A DNA stretch of 61,739 nucleotides, filler included, from 5 parts of 5 records of this genome joined end to end with filler, not necessarily neighbours in it; one strand, 5' to 3'. Shown: positions 27,189-37,926, numbered from the whole stretch's first letter. A program made the numbers and translations. Notes: generated by a model from the letters alone, not told the origin.

Positions 27189-28187
27189 ATGCAACACCAG
27201 GCATCTGAAAAACGATACGAGAAAATGCTTTACCAACGATGTGGAAGAAGTGGTATAAAATTACCGGCAATTTCATTAGGCTTATGGCATAATTTCGGTT
27301 CTGTTGATGTTTATGAAAATGGAAAAGCCATTATTTTTGAGGCTTTCGATAAAGGAATTACCCATTTTGATTTGGCTAATAATTACGGCCCGGAACCGGG
27401 AAGTGCCGAAGAAAATTTTGGTTCTGTTTTTAATAAACACTTAAAAGCTTATCGCGATGAATTGTTGATTTCGACGAAGGCAGGATATTATATGTGGCCC
27501 GGACCATATGGCGAATGGGGTTCCAGAAAGAACCTGTTAGCCAGTTTAGATCAAAGTTTAAAAAGATTGAATGTTGACTATGTAGATATTTTTTATTCGC
27601 ATCGCTTTGATCCGGAAACACCATTGGAAGAAACTATGATGGCTTTGGATCATGCAGTTCGATCAGGAAAAGCACTATACGCTGGAATTTCTAACTATCC
27701 GCCGGATAAAACGCGAGAAGCGGAATCTATATTGCGCGAATTAGGAACACCGTGCTTAATTCATCAGGCGCGTTACAGTATGTTTCAACGATGGGTAGAG
27801 GATGAATTATTAGATGTCTTGGAAAAGAGAGGTGTGGGTTTAATTGCTTTTTCTCCTTTAGCACAAGGTTTACTAACCAATAAATATATTAATGGAGTGC
27901 CTGATGGTTCGCGTATGACAAGAAACCATTTTCTAAAAGAAGAGCATTTAACACCTCATAAACTTGATGCCATCAAACAGTTGAACCAACTGGCTATGGA
28001 TAGAGGGCAATCCTTGGCACAAATGGCCATAGCTTGGTTGTTAAAAGATGCAAGAGTGACCTCTGTTTTGGTTGGTGCCAGCTCAGTAAAGCAATTAAAT
28101 GATAGTCTTAAGAGTTTAAAAAACCTGGATTTTGATCAGGAAGAACTATTAAAAATTAAAGAGATTATAAAGGATATTAATGCTTAG
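27189..28187 (+). CDS. Aldo/keto reductase, L-glyceraldehyde-3-phosphate reductase (YghZ/Gpr-like)
   Basis: RCGRSGIKLPAISLGLWHNFG, HFDLANNYGP, ISTKAGY.MWPGPYGEWGSRK and AFSPLAQGLLT. Confidence 0.92.
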   Translation: MQHQASEKRYEKMLYQRCGRSGIKLPAISLGLWHNFGSVDVYENGKAIIFEAFDKGITHFDLANNYGPEPGSAEENFGSVFNKHLKAYRDELLISTKAGYYMWPGPYGEWGSRKNLLASLDQSLKRLNVDYVDIFYSHRFDPETPLEETMMALDHAVRSGKALYAGISNYPPDKTREAESILRELGTPCLIHQARYSMFQRWVEDELLDVLEKRGVGLIAFSPLAQGLLTNKYINGVPDGSRMTRNHFLKEEHLTPHKLDAIKQLNQLAMDRGQSLAQMAIAWLLKDARVTSVLVGASSVKQLNDSLKSLKNLDFDQEELLKIKEIIKDINA

Positions 28188-28222
28188 AGGATGATTTAAA
28201 TATCTCAGAATAAAGAAAAATG

Positions 28223-28254
28223 AAACCCGAATTGTTATTTGCAATTCGGGTTTT
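28223..28254 (+). terminator. Intrinsic terminator
   Basis: AAACCCGAATTG-TTATTTG-CAATTCGGGTTTT after the reductase gene. Confidence 0.8.
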
Positions 28255-28280
28255 ATTGGTCTCAGAAGTTGGATGAATTT

Positions 28281-28380
28281 NNNNNNNNNNNNNNNNNNNN
28301 NNNNNNNNNNNNNNNNNNNNNNNNTTAATTAATTAANNNNNNNNNNNNNNNNNNNNNNNNNNNNNNNNNNNNNNNNNNNN
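28281..28380. other. Artificial contig linker
   Basis: N44-TTAATTAATTAA-N44. Confidence 0.99.
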
Positions 28381-28411
28381 AGACACAGCAAATGGTTACC
28401 TATAATTAAAA

Positions 28412-28556
28412 CCCGGATTGCAAATCCTTATATTGTACTGCGTCAGTTATATTTTTCTAATTGATAGGTTTCATTAGATTTACAATGTGCTTATTGCACG
28501 GATTACGCTAAGCTAAATCCGCGCAAACGTGGGGTGGGTCACAGATCTGCGCTGGC
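28412..28556. repeat. Cluster of degenerate REP-like palindromes
   Basis: CGGATTGCAAATCC (~28414), TTGCACGGATT-N11-AATCCGCGCAA (28494-28526, 10/11 paired) and GTCACAGATCTGCGC (~28538). Confidence 0.5.
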
Positions 28557-28579
28557 TAGTATAATGCCGTTTTAAACCT

Positions 28580-28653
28580 TATAAGCATAGGAATTTTTAT
28601 ATAGGTATAAGAAAAAATTCTATAGGCATAAAAATAAATTCTATGCCTATAGG
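28580..28653. repeat. ~21-bp-period degenerate repeat with terminal inverted copy
   Basis: TATAAGCATA (28580), TATAGGTATA (28600), TATAGGCATA (28621) and inverted TATGCCTATA (28642). Confidence 0.65.
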
Positions 28654-28681
28654 ATTTTAACAGTTTGTTTAATGATTTAAC

Positions 28682-31090
28682 TTAAAACCTTCCGGTAATG
28701 GAAAAGATAAAGTTTCGGCCTGGGGCACTGATGCCTGAGGCAAAGGCTTTATAGTGTAAATCAAAAATATTTTCGATGGAGGCTTGCAAGCTTATTTTAT
28801 TCAGCAATTGATATTGCGCGGCTATATTGTACGTTTGCCAAGCCGGAAACCCTGATACCGGAGCTTCATCTTCATTGTCTTCTCCGTAGGGAGACATATC
28901 AGCCAGCTTTTTTTCTCCCTGGTATTGCATATAAAATTCTGCTTTTATTCTTTGGTAATGATAGGTGGCTCCTACTTTTCCAAATAAAGGAGTGATGTGT
29001 CCCATAGGTTCTCCGGTAGAACTAATTTTTCCTTCGGTATAGTTAATGGTGGATGCTAGTGAAAGGTTATGGGTCGGCTGAATATGAACTCCGGCAGATA
29101 CTCCTCTTACAATAGCCTTTTGTGCATTTTCATTGATAAAAACTCTGTATTTGTCACCATCATATAATATGGAGTCTGCATATAAGTCTGTATCAAAGGT
29201 TCTCACGATGGCATCATGTAACCAGGTGTTGAAGAAAGTCAGATTTAAAACTAGTCCTTCGTTCCAAAAGCTTTTGGTAGCAGATAATTCTGTATTAATA
29301 GCGTATTCAGGTTTTAAAAAAGGGTTGGGCTGACTAATTTCATCATTCTTTGCCCTTATTTTACCGTAGTCATCCACATTGGGAACCCGATATCCAGTAG
29401 CAGTAACGGCTGAAATTTTCCAGGTTTCTGAAGGGAGGTAAACCAAACCAATACTGGCCGAAGGTGCTTTGTTTTTCATCACTACCTTTTCTTTTATTGG
29501 CTCAAATAAGGCTGTTTTTTCAAACTTCGATTCGTATCTAAAATAACCATACCTCAAACCTGTATTGGCAGAAAACTGATCACTGAATTTTTTATTGTAA
29601 TTTAGGTAAAGTGAATAAGAATGAAAAAAACTACCTCCATTGGGATAACGACTTGTAGCAGGAGAAATTAATCCGGATGCAATATTTGTTTCGTGCGCAT
29701 TGGAAGTCATATCGTTGATTAAGAACTCTGCACCATAATTTAGTTTAGCATTATCATTAAATACCTTTGAAAAATCGAAGTTTGCACTGTAAATATCCAG
29801 ACTTTCATTTTGTGACAGTTTACTGCTGCTATTAAACTTTCGGCTGTTTCGTGATTCTTTTACATTTTGATAAGCCACAATTGTATTCAGCTGAGTAAAC
29901 CATTTACTGTCACTTTTAAAGTTGTTGTTGGCACTTATAAATAACCTTTCCTGCGGACCATAGTAATATTCGGCAAACTTTAGGTAATCTCCTTTGTAAT
30001 CATTGAGTTGGTCAAAACGATCAACATTGGAGGAGGTTGAATATTGAATATTTAAAACAGCTGTATGTTTAGATGAGGTATATTTAAACTTTTGTAGCAC
30101 ATCGTATTGTTCGTAGCCGGTATTAGGCTGGGTATACGGATCGTTATTTACCATCATACTATCCTTGCCGTTTATTCTTTGGGCATAATGAAAAACTTTT
30201 CCCCAATCGTCGGGAGAATTTTTTCTGTTTTTACCCATGGTAATATCGCCAAATTTGGAATACGTAAAAGCACTTAATGAAGCCCAGTTTTTAAATCCGG
30301 CATTTATATTTACATGATATTTATTGCTATGAGTGGCACTCATATGTTGGTAGGCCACTTCGGGTGTAATAACCACCATGGTATCGTTCGATAGCACCGG
30401 ATCTTTACTGAAATAACTGACCACACCGCCTAACGCATCGCTTCCATAAATTACAGATGATGGACCAAACAGCACTTCTGTTTTCTCTAATATATTGGGA
30501 TCAATGGTGATACTATTTTGTAAATGACCACTTCGATAAATACCATTGTTCAATCTTACGCCATCCATCACCAGTAAAACGCGATTGGCTTCAAAACCCC
30601 TAAGAATAGGGCTTCCTCCGCCTCCCTGACTTTTCTGTACAGAAACATATCCGCTACCGGTTAAAATATCGGCACTTGTTGCTGCATTTTTAAATTCAAT
30701 GCTTCGGGGTTTGATCGTTTCAACCACATAAGGAACTCTTTTTTTACTTTCCTCCATTCGGGATGCAGAAACCACAAACTCATCAATGGTAAATATTTTG
30801 GGGCTGATAAAAACATGTTTATCTGCGTCTGCTTTTCGCGATAGCATGTAAAGTTTATAGGCGGGATGACTAAACCAAAGCACTTCATCATCCTTAAAAA
30901 CAGATAGGTTAACAATGCCATCCTCGTCGGATTGTACCATTTCGTTTTCAGATTCGCTAAATACGACAACGTGAGACACCGGCAAATGTGTTTCCAGATC
31001 AAACACTTTAATTTTTTGGGCTGGTAAAGAAAGAGTTAAGAGAAATGAAAATATAAATAAGTACTTTTTTAATTGCATTGGGTATAACAT
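28682..31090 (-). CDS. TonB-dependent outer-membrane receptor (heme/iron-protein receptor-like)
   Basis: Signal peptide, EFVVSASR, plug motifs GGGSPILRGFEANRVLLVMDGVRLNN and EVLFGPSSVIYGSDALGGVV, and C-terminal ENIFDLHY..APGRNF..GRF. Confidence 0.93.
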   Translation of the reverse strand: MLYPMQLKKYLFIFSFLLTLSLPAQKIKVFDLETHLPVSHVVVFSESENEMVQSDEDGIVNLSVFKDDEVLWFSHPAYKLYMLSRKADADKHVFISPKIFTIDEFVVSASRMEESKKRVPYVVETIKPRSIEFKNAATSADILTGSGYVSVQKSQGGGGSPILRGFEANRVLLVMDGVRLNNGIYRSGHLQNSITIDPNILEKTEVLFGPSSVIYGSDALGGVVSYFSKDPVLSNDTMVVITPEVAYQHMSATHSNKYHVNINAGFKNWASLSAFTYSKFGDITMGKNRKNSPDDWGKVFHYAQRINGKDSMMVNNDPYTQPNTGYEQYDVLQKFKYTSSKHTAVLNIQYSTSSNVDRFDQLNDYKGDYLKFAEYYYGPQERLFISANNNFKSDSKWFTQLNTIVAYQNVKESRNSRKFNSSSKLSQNESLDIYSANFDFSKVFNDNAKLNYGAEFLINDMTSNAHETNIASGLISPATSRYPNGGSFFHSYSLYLNYNKKFSDQFSANTGLRYGYFRYESKFEKTALFEPIKEKVVMKNKAPSASIGLVYLPSETWKISAVTATGYRVPNVDDYGKIRAKNDEISQPNPFLKPEYAINTELSATKSFWNEGLVLNLTFFNTWLHDAIVRTFDTDLYADSILYDGDKYRVFINENAQKAIVRGVSAGVHIQPTHNLSLASTINYTEGKISSTGEPMGHITPLFGKVGATYHYQRIKAEFYMQYQGEKKLADMSPYGEDNEDEAPVSGFPAWQTYNIAAQYQLLNKISLQASIENIFDLHYKAFASGISAPGRNFIFSITGRF

Positions 31091-32991
31091 TATTTAAACA
31101 TGCTTAAAGCCGTATTCATCATTCCTTTTTTATCAAATCCACATTCGTGAATCAGCTCGGTTTGTGTTCCGTGGTCAACAAATCGATCAGGAACACCTAA
31201 TTTTTTCACCTGAGCCTGATAACCATTTTCAACCATGAATTCGATTACGGCGCTGCCTAACCCTCCAATTATCGTACCATCTTCAACCGTTATTACTTTT
31301 TTAAATTTCTTAAATACTTCATGCAGTAAATCTTCGTCCAGAGGCTTAGCAAAACGCATATCATATAATGCCGAAGAGATTCCCTGCTTATCCAAACTGT
31401 TACAAACCTGAAGTGCTTTGTTGGCAATAGGTCCTATAGTGATAAAGGCCAAATCGGTCCCTTCTTTTAAGTTTTCCCCTTTTCCAATTGGAATCTCTTT
31501 CATGGGTGTTTGCCAGTCTATCGATGTTCCAATTCCACGAGGATAACGGATGGCAAAAGGTCCCTGATCCGGCAGTTGAGCCGTAAACATCAGGTTGCGA
31601 AGCTCTTCTTCGTTTCGGGGTGATGAAACAATGACGTTAGGAATTGGTCTGAAAAAGGCAATATCGTATATACCATGGTGTGTTGCACCGTCAGCACCTA
31701 CTAATCCACCGCGATCTAAACACAACACCACGTTTAAGTTTTGTATGGCAACATCATGAATAACCTGATCATAGGCGCGTTGCATAAACGAGGAATAAAT
31801 ATTACAAAAAGGAACCATACCTTCGATAGCCAGTCCTGCTGCAAAAGTAACCGCATGTTGTTCGGCAATACCCACATCAAATGCACGATCAGGCATCTTC
31901 TCCATCATAATATTTAAGGAACAACCAGATGGCATAGCAGGAGTGATGCCTACTATTTTTTCATTTTTCTCAGCCAATTCTACAATAGTATGACCAAAAA
32001 CATCTTGGTACTTTGGAGGTTTAGGATTAGAAGGCGCTTCTAACTTTTCACCGGTTGTTTTATCAAACTTAGCTCCGGTGGCATGCCAGGCTGTTTGGTT
32101 TTCTTCGGCCAGTTTAAACCCTTTGCCTTTTTTTGTAATGCAGTGTAAAACCTTAGGTCCCGGTATATCTCTTAAATCATTTAATACTTTTACCAGATGA
32201 TTTACATCGTGTCCATCCACAGGACCAAAGTAGCGAATGTTTAAACCTTCAAATATATTTGTCTGCTTAGTAAGCAGTGATTTAATACTGTTGTTAATAG
32301 AAACAATCTTATCCTGAGAGTTGGGGCCGGTAATTTTCAATTTTTCCAATCCTTTAATGATCTCAGAACGAATTTTATTGTAAGTGTGCGAAGTACTAAT
32401 ATCTACTAAATAATCACTCAGTCCACCCACATTAGGATCGATAGCCATATTGTTATCATTTAAAACAATCAGCACATTCGATTTAGTAATGCTTAGGTTA
32501 TTTAAACCTTCAAAGGCAAGACCGGCAGTCATACTTCCGTCGCCAATAACAGCAACGACCTGCTTATCTTTGTCCTTGTTTCTTTGTGCGGCAATAGCTA
32601 TGCCTAAAGCTGCCGAAATGGAAGTAGAAGAGTGTCCGACGCCAAAGGCATCGTATTCACTTTCGAATATATTAGGAAAACCACTTAAGCCTTTGTATTT
32701 ACGATTGGTATGGAAGCGTTCTTTTCTGTTAGTAAGTATTTTATGGCCGTAAGCCTGATGGCCAACATCCCAAATAATCTTATCATAAGGTGTATTAAAA
32801 ACATAATGCAAAGCTACGGTAAGTTCCACCACACCCAAGCTCGCACCAAAGTGTCCGGGATTACAGGATACTGCGTCAATAATAAATTCTCTTAATTCAC
32901 TGCAGATTTGAGCTAAGTCTTTTTCGCTAAACTTTTTTAAATCATCAGGGGTATTTATTTTTTGTAGCAAACTGTTCCCTATGTCTTCCAT
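31090..32991 (-). CDS. dxs: 1-deoxy-D-xylulose-5-phosphate synthase
   Basis: [56 protein letters not shown] and IRYPRG. TATATTTG element on the minus strand at 33024-33031. Confidence 0.97.
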   Translation of the reverse strand: MEDIGNSLLQKINTPDDLKKFSEKDLAQICSELREFIIDAVSCNPGHFGASLGVVELTVALHYVFNTPYDKIIWDVGHQAYGHKILTNRKERFHTNRKYKGLSGFPNIFESEYDAFGVGHSSTSISAALGIAIAAQRNKDKDKQVVAVIGDGSMTAGLAFEGLNNLSITKSNVLIVLNDNNMAIDPNVGGLSDYLVDISTSHTYNKIRSEIIKGLEKLKITGPNSQDKIVSINNSIKSLLTKQTNIFEGLNIRYFGPVDGHDVNHLVKVLNDLRDIPGPKVLHCITKKGKGFKLAEENQTAWHATGAKFDKTTGEKLEAPSNPKPPKYQDVFGHTIVELAEKNEKIVGITPAMPSGCSLNIMMEKMPDRAFDVGIAEQHAVTFAAGLAIEGMVPFCNIYSSFMQRAYDQVIHDVAIQNLNVVLCLDRGGLVGADGATHHGIYDIAFFRPIPNVIVSSPRNEEELRNLMFTAQLPDQGPFAIRYPRGIGTSIDWQTPMKEIPIGKGENLKEGTDLAFITIGPIANKALQVCNSLDKQGISSALYDMRFAKPLDEDLLHEVFKKFKKVITVEDGTIIGGLGSAVIEFMVENGYQAQVKKLGVPDRFVDHGTQTELIHECGFDKKGMMNTALSMFK

Positions 32992-33309
32992 TCTTTGTTA
33001 TTGGGGTGAAAATTTGTTGGGCACAAATATAATATAATAAGCTGAGTTGAATATAAATTTTGGATTCAGAACGCATATAAATAGCAAGATTCAAATCAAT
33101 AGTAAGATTGAGCTGTGCTAGACTTTAAGTTGCATATTAAGAAATGATTGAGATATTGATTGTAAGGTGGTAAAATTTAAATTGGTCTTTGGTTAGGTGA
33201 AGAAATCATGTTAGGAACATGATTTTAATTGTGGATATTTTACTGCTGATGTAGTTTCAATCTTTTAAAATTATAAGCATATTTGAATGCAAATTAAACA
33301 GATTGAATT

Positions 33310-34317
33310 ATGTGGTATAAAAAATATTTGCCTTTGGCATTGGTCGCTTTTTGTTCATGTGTTCCTCTAAAGCAATTTCAGGATTTACAAGATCAGGATA
33401 AAGAAAATCGTGCTGAATTAAGAAGAGTTGAATCAGACTTCCGTGAGATGGAAGTAGAAAATAATGAATTGAAGGCTGATGTAAAACACTTAAAAGAAGA
33501 AGTGGCTTCTCTAATAAAAGACACAGTTCGTTTAGCAAAGCAAAACTGGTCACTTAAAAACAGGAATAAGGAATTGTTAAATCAGTATAATGAATTCTTA
33601 AGTGGGACTAAACAAACGGGAAGTTCTGAATCGAGTGAATTGTTAGAGCATTTACAAACTTTGCATGAACAATTGCAACAAAGAGAAGACGCATTGTTTG
33701 ATGCAGAGAAAGAGTTAGCTCTAAAAAAGCAACGACTCGATGATGCTTCGGCTTCGTTAAAAACAATGGAAAGCGAGTTGGCACAGCGTAATAAACGATT
33801 ATATGAACTAGAGAAAGCCCTGTCTGAAAAGGATTCTTTGATGACGTCATTAAAGAATACAGTTGCAAATGCTTTAACTGATTTTGGGAGTGACGAACTG
33901 GAAGTACATATCAAAAATGGTAAAGTGTATGTATCTATGGAGGAAAAGCTGCTTTTTAAATCAGGAAGCTATGAGGTTAGTCCAATTGGTATCGGAGCAC
34001 TAAAAAAGATTGCGGGGGTGTTGGAACAAAAGAGAGATATTCATGTTTTAGTGGAAGGACATACCGATGATGTTCCTTATAAAAGTGCTGTTTTGCTGGA
34101 CAACTGGGATTTAAGTGTTAAAAGAGCGACTTCGGTAACTCGGATTTTGTTACAAAGTGCTCAAATTACTCCTTCACGTATTACCGCTTCGGGTAGAAGT
34201 GAATATGTGCCGGTAGATAAAGCAAAAACAGCAGATGCCAGAAAGAAAAACAGAAGAACAGAAATTATTTTATCTCCAAATCTTGATCAGGTATTTGAAT
34301 TGCTCGAAACAAATTAA
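33310..34317 (+). CDS. OmpA/MotB-family lipoprotein with long coiled coil
   Basis: Lipobox-like FCSC, coiled coil, LLFKSGS, VEGHTDD, NWDLSVKRA and NRRTEIILSP. Confidence 0.9.
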   Translation: MWYKKYLPLALVAFCSCVPLKQFQDLQDQDKENRAELRRVESDFREMEVENNELKADVKHLKEEVASLIKDTVRLAKQNWSLKNRNKELLNQYNEFLSGTKQTGSSESSELLEHLQTLHEQLQQREDALFDAEKELALKKQRLDDASASLKTMESELAQRNKRLYELEKALSEKDSLMTSLKNTVANALTDFGSDELEVHIKNGKVYVSMEEKLLFKSGSYEVSPIGIGALKKIAGVLEQKRDIHVLVEGHTDDVPYKSAVLLDNWDLSVKRATSVTRILLQSAQITPSRITASGRSEYVPVDKAKTADARKKNRRTEIILSPNLDQVFELLETN

Positions 34318-35338
34318 AGCAATAAAAGTCGGGTGTATACTTTTTAGTGCATACATAACCACATTTAGTTGGCTAAGAATAAGCAATCTTATAAAGCTAA
34401 GGTTGGCATATTTGCTAAGTTATATTTTAAAAAGGGCTGTAGTTTTGGGGCAGCCCATGGCCGTTAGCATTGAGCCAATAAATGTATGTAATTTAAAATG
34501 TCCTGAATGCCCTACGGGTTTGGGACAGATTACACGTCCAAAGGGCATGGTTGAGATAACTCAGTTTCAAACCATATTGGAGAAATTACCCAAAGAAACC
34601 TGGCATGTCAATTTATATTTTCAGGGAGAACCCTTTATGCACCCTGATTTTTTTAAACTAGTTCAGCTTTCCAAACGAAAGGGCTTGGTAACGGAGACTT
34701 CAACGAATGCCCATTATCTAAATATGGAACAAGCAAAAAAAACGGTAGATTCCGGGTTAGATCATCTGATTGTTTCGATGGATGGGGTTAGTCAGAAAGT
34801 ATACGAGCAATACAGAGTTGGTGGTATATTGATTAAAGTATTGGAGGGAATTGATAATTTGCTTGAGGCCAAAAGAAATGCTCATTCAAAAAAACCGATC
34901 ATCACATTGCAATTCTTAGCCTTCTCATTTAATGAAGATGAAATTGATGCCTTTAGGAAAAAGGCGATGACTTTAGGAGTAGATCAGGTTCAAATTAAAA
35001 CAGCTCAAATATATAATATAGAGGATAAGAAGCATTTGTTGCCTAAAGCTGATCACTTATCACGTTATAGCTTACAAAAGGACGGTTCTGTTTTGTTGAA
35101 AGGATCATTAAAGAACAGATGCTGGAAGCATTGGCACTCTTCTGTCATAACCTGGAATGGAGATGTAGTGCCTTGTTGTTTTGATAAAGATGCCAGCCAT
35201 CATTTAGGAAACATCATGAAGAATCCTTTGAGTAAAATATGGAGCGATAAACCCTATAACGATTTTAGAAATGCTGTTTTAAAAAGTCAAGCCTTTATTG
35301 AAATATGCAAAAATTGCCCAATAAGTCGTAATAATTGA
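34295..35338 (+). CDS. Radical SAM protein with SPASM/twitch domain (start uncertain)
   Basis: CNLKCPEC, FQGEPFMH, STNA, SMDG, CWKHW..ITWNGDVVPCCFD and C-x-x-C at the C-terminus. The start is placed at a plausible TTG overlapping the upstream gene end. Confidence 0.85.
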   Translation: MNCSKQIKAIKVGCILFSAYITTFSWLRISNLIKLRLAYLLSYILKRAVVLGQPMAVSIEPINVCNLKCPECPTGLGQITRPKGMVEITQFQTILEKLPKETWHVNLYFQGEPFMHPDFFKLVQLSKRKGLVTETSTNAHYLNMEQAKKTVDSGLDHLIVSMDGVSQKVYEQYRVGGILIKVLEGIDNLLEAKRNAHSKKPIITLQFLAFSFNEDEIDAFRKKAMTLGVDQVQIKTAQIYNIEDKKHLLPKADHLSRYSLQKDGSVLLKGSLKNRCWKHWHSSVITWNGDVVPCCFDKDASHHLGNIMKNPLSKIWSDKPYNDFRNAVLKSQAFIEICKNCPISRNN

Positions 35339-35478
35339 TCAATGGATGAAAAATTATGTGGATAATTCAATATTTTTGGGCAATTTAAATTTGTTATAGG
35401 GTCGAAAATTCTACCTTTATAGCGGTATTGGGCAAGTTTTGTTAACGGCAGGTAATTTTTAACCTGCATTTTAAACAT

Positions 35479-37299
35479 ATGACACACGAACAAAGTAAAA
35501 TTACTCGGAAATTTAACATCTGGCTTAGAAGAAGGTTGGGACCAACAACGCTTACTTCTGGAGGTGGATTTCAGTATTGGCGCGAGCGGGTTTTCCATTA
35601 TTTTACTTTAGCCTTAATTGCAATTGGCCTGATAGCCTATTTATACTACGCAGTAACCTTTTTGCAGCAAAACGACTTTGTTTCTACTATTTTTAGCACT
35701 CTTATTTTCGGAAGTGTCTTGTTTGTTGGTGTTGTAAAAAGCTTTCCTTTTCGATTTCGTGCGATTTGGATTCTTAGTTCGGTTTATCTGTTAGGATCGT
35801 TCTTATTTATTAAAAGTGGTCCGGCATCTCTGGGCTTGGTCATGCTTTTATCTTATTCTGTTCTTGCCGGAATGCTATTAGGGAAGAAAGCAGGAATTTC
35901 ATCTATTGTATTAAATCTGTTTTCCATTGGTGTTGGAGCCCTGTTGCACTATACTTCATTTATAACTACAGCATACATGTTAAGTCTGGATTTTTCGGTG
36001 TATCTGAATCTCGTTGTATTGTATGCTTTTATCAATGTAGTTACGCTCTTTCCTTTAGTTTCGTTTATTAACGGGATGAATTTTAGTTTTCAAAAGGAGC
36101 TGCGATATCAGAATATTTTGGCAAAAGAAAGAGAAAAACTGATGCGCGCTGTAGTTAAGGCTGAGGAGTCAGATGTACTTAAAAATTCTTTCTTATCTAA
36201 TATGTCTCACGAGGTTCGTACACCTATGAATGCCATATTGGGTTTTAGTAATTTGTTATCTCACAAAGAAATTAGTCCATCAGAAAAGGATGAATTTGTG
36301 AATCTGATCAATCTTAACGTTCGAAATCTATTAACGATAGTAGAAGATTTAATTGATATTTCTAAAATAGATAGTGGTCAGCTGCAAATCCGAAATACAG
36401 CGTCTAATCTTCATGAGATTTTGAATGAAGTTTATGAAACATTTTCCAACGATATAAAAAGAAGAGGTCAGTTAAATATAAAGCTCTATAAAAAGGAAGG
36501 TATTGCTGATAAGTCAACTATGATCTTAACAGATGCTCAACGATTAAAGCAGATATTGGCAAACTTGGTTGGCAATGGTATTAAGTTTACAGACAGGGGA
36601 TTTGTAGAGTTTGGTTGTGAGTTAAAGAATGAGGAGTTACTGCAGTTTTATGTAAAAGATACGGGTATTGGCTTGCCAATTGGAAAAGAGCAAAGAATTT
36701 TTGAGCGCTTTTATAAATTCTCAGAAGGAAGGCAAACTTTATATGGAGGAACCGGAATTGGGTTGTCCTTGGTTAAAGATCTATTGGCGTTAATGGGCGG
36801 TAAAATCTGGATAGAATCAGAACCTAAAGTCGGTACCACATTCTTTTTTACTATTCCTTATCACAAAGTTAGCAATGTGGCAGGTAGTGAATATGCTACA
36901 GAGGAAAAAGCTAAGGTTTACAATTGGGAAGGAAAAACATTCCTGATTGCAGAAGATGAGGAAGATAACTTTAGATACCTTGAGGTGGCTTTATCTATTT
37001 CTAATGCCAGTTTAATATGGGCCAGAACGGGAGTTGAGGCAGTAGATATCTTTGAACGTATAAAAGACATTGATCTGGTATTAATGGATATTAAAATGCC
37101 AGAAATGGATGGATATGATGCTACTCAAGCCATCAAAAAGCTTAATAGTAAGGTGCCCGTAATTGCCCAAACAGCCTATGCTATGTCCGAAGAGCGTGAA
37201 AAGTCATTAAGAGCAGGATGTGATGATTATATTGCGAAGCCGATTGGTTATGAGGATCTGCTTTGCAAAATTCACAAATTTGTTCCTGGAACCAATTAA
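35479..37299 (+). CDS. Membrane-bound hybrid histidine kinase / response regulator
   Basis: About 6 TMs, FLSNMSHEVRTPMN, NLVGNGIKFT, GGTGIGLS, and receiver DLVLMDIKMPEMDG. TAAATTTG element at 35386-35393. Confidence 0.93.
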   Translation: MTHEQSKITRKFNIWLRRRLGPTTLTSGGGFQYWRERVFHYFTLALIAIGLIAYLYYAVTFLQQNDFVSTIFSTLIFGSVLFVGVVKSFPFRFRAIWILSSVYLLGSFLFIKSGPASLGLVMLLSYSVLAGMLLGKKAGISSIVLNLFSIGVGALLHYTSFITTAYMLSLDFSVYLNLVVLYAFINVVTLFPLVSFINGMNFSFQKELRYQNILAKEREKLMRAVVKAEESDVLKNSFLSNMSHEVRTPMNAILGFSNLLSHKEISPSEKDEFVNLINLNVRNLLTIVEDLIDISKIDSGQLQIRNTASNLHEILNEVYETFSNDIKRRGQLNIKLYKKEGIADKSTMILTDAQRLKQILANLVGNGIKFTDRGFVEFGCELKNEELLQFYVKDTGIGLPIGKEQRIFERFYKFSEGRQTLYGGTGIGLSLVKDLLALMGGKIWIESEPKVGTTFFFTIPYHKVSNVAGSEYATEEKAKVYNWEGKTFLIAEDEEDNFRYLEVALSISNASLIWARTGVEAVDIFERIKDIDLVLMDIKMPEMDGYDATQAIKKLNSKVPVIAQTAYAMSEEREKSLRAGCDDYIAKPIGYEDLLCKIHKFVPGTN

Positions 37300-37306
37300 T
37301 AATAAA

Positions 37307-37336
37307 AAAGAGCCAGTTAAAATTAACCAGCTCTTT
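37307..37336. terminator. Probable bidirectional terminator between the kinase gene and frr
   Basis: AAAGAGCCAGTTAA-AA-TTAACCAGCTCTTT (imperfect stem) with an A-run on the left. Confidence 0.6.
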
Positions 37337-37362
37337 GATATTCTTTAAAACGGAAACTCCCG

Positions 37363-37926
37363 TTAGATTGTCATAATATCAGCCTCTTTCTTGTTTACGT
37401 GCTCATCTACACTTTTAGAATACTTATCAGTAAGCTTTTGAACTTCAGATTCGGCGTCTTTTTCCATATCTTCAGCAAGACCATCTTTTAGCATTTTCTT
37501 TAATTCATCGTTACAATCACGACGAGCATTTCTTATACTAACCTTGGCATCTTCACCTTCCTTTTTAACCTGTTTTACAAGGTCTTTACGGCGCTCCTCT
37601 GTAAGTGCAGGAACATTAATTCTAACTAATTCACCGTTATTCTCTGGATTTAGTCCAAGGTTTGCAGCTAAGATTGCCTTCTCAATAGGTTCAATCATTG
37701 TTTTTTCCCAAGGTTGAATGGCGATTGTTCTTGGATCAGGTGTATTGACATTGGCTACCTGTTGTAAAGGAGTCATTGATCCGTAGTAATCAACCATAAC
37801 GCCTTCAAGCATTCCGGGGCTGGCTTTTCCAGCTCTGATTTTTACCAATTCGTGCTCAAGGTGTTTGATAGTATTATCCATCTTATCCTTGGTCATTTCC
37901 ATTAATATTTGAATTTCTTCAGTCAT
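37363..37926 (-). CDS. frr: Ribosome recycling factor
   Basis: IRAGKASP, VDYYG, IQPWEK, NLGLNP, PALTEERRKDLVK and VSIRNARRD. TATTTTTG element on the minus strand at 37993-38000. Confidence 0.97.
   Translation of the reverse strand: MTEEIQILMEMTKDKMDNTIKHLEHELVKIRAGKASPGMLEGVMVDYYGSMTPLQQVANVNTPDPRTIAIQPWEKTMIEPIEKAILAANLGLNPENNGELVRINVPALTEERRKDLVKQVKKEGEDAKVSIRNARRDCNDELKKMLKDGLAEDMEKDAESEVQKLTDKYSKSVDEHVNKKEADIMTI

Noticed and set aside
28580-28653. Possible CRISPR array
   Set aside because: The units are ~21 bp in total with no unique spacers, and there are no cas genes.
34235-35338. rSAM-SPASM as the maturase of the GG precursor
   Set aside because: It is on a different contig separated by a linker, has no RRE domain, and nothing links the two.
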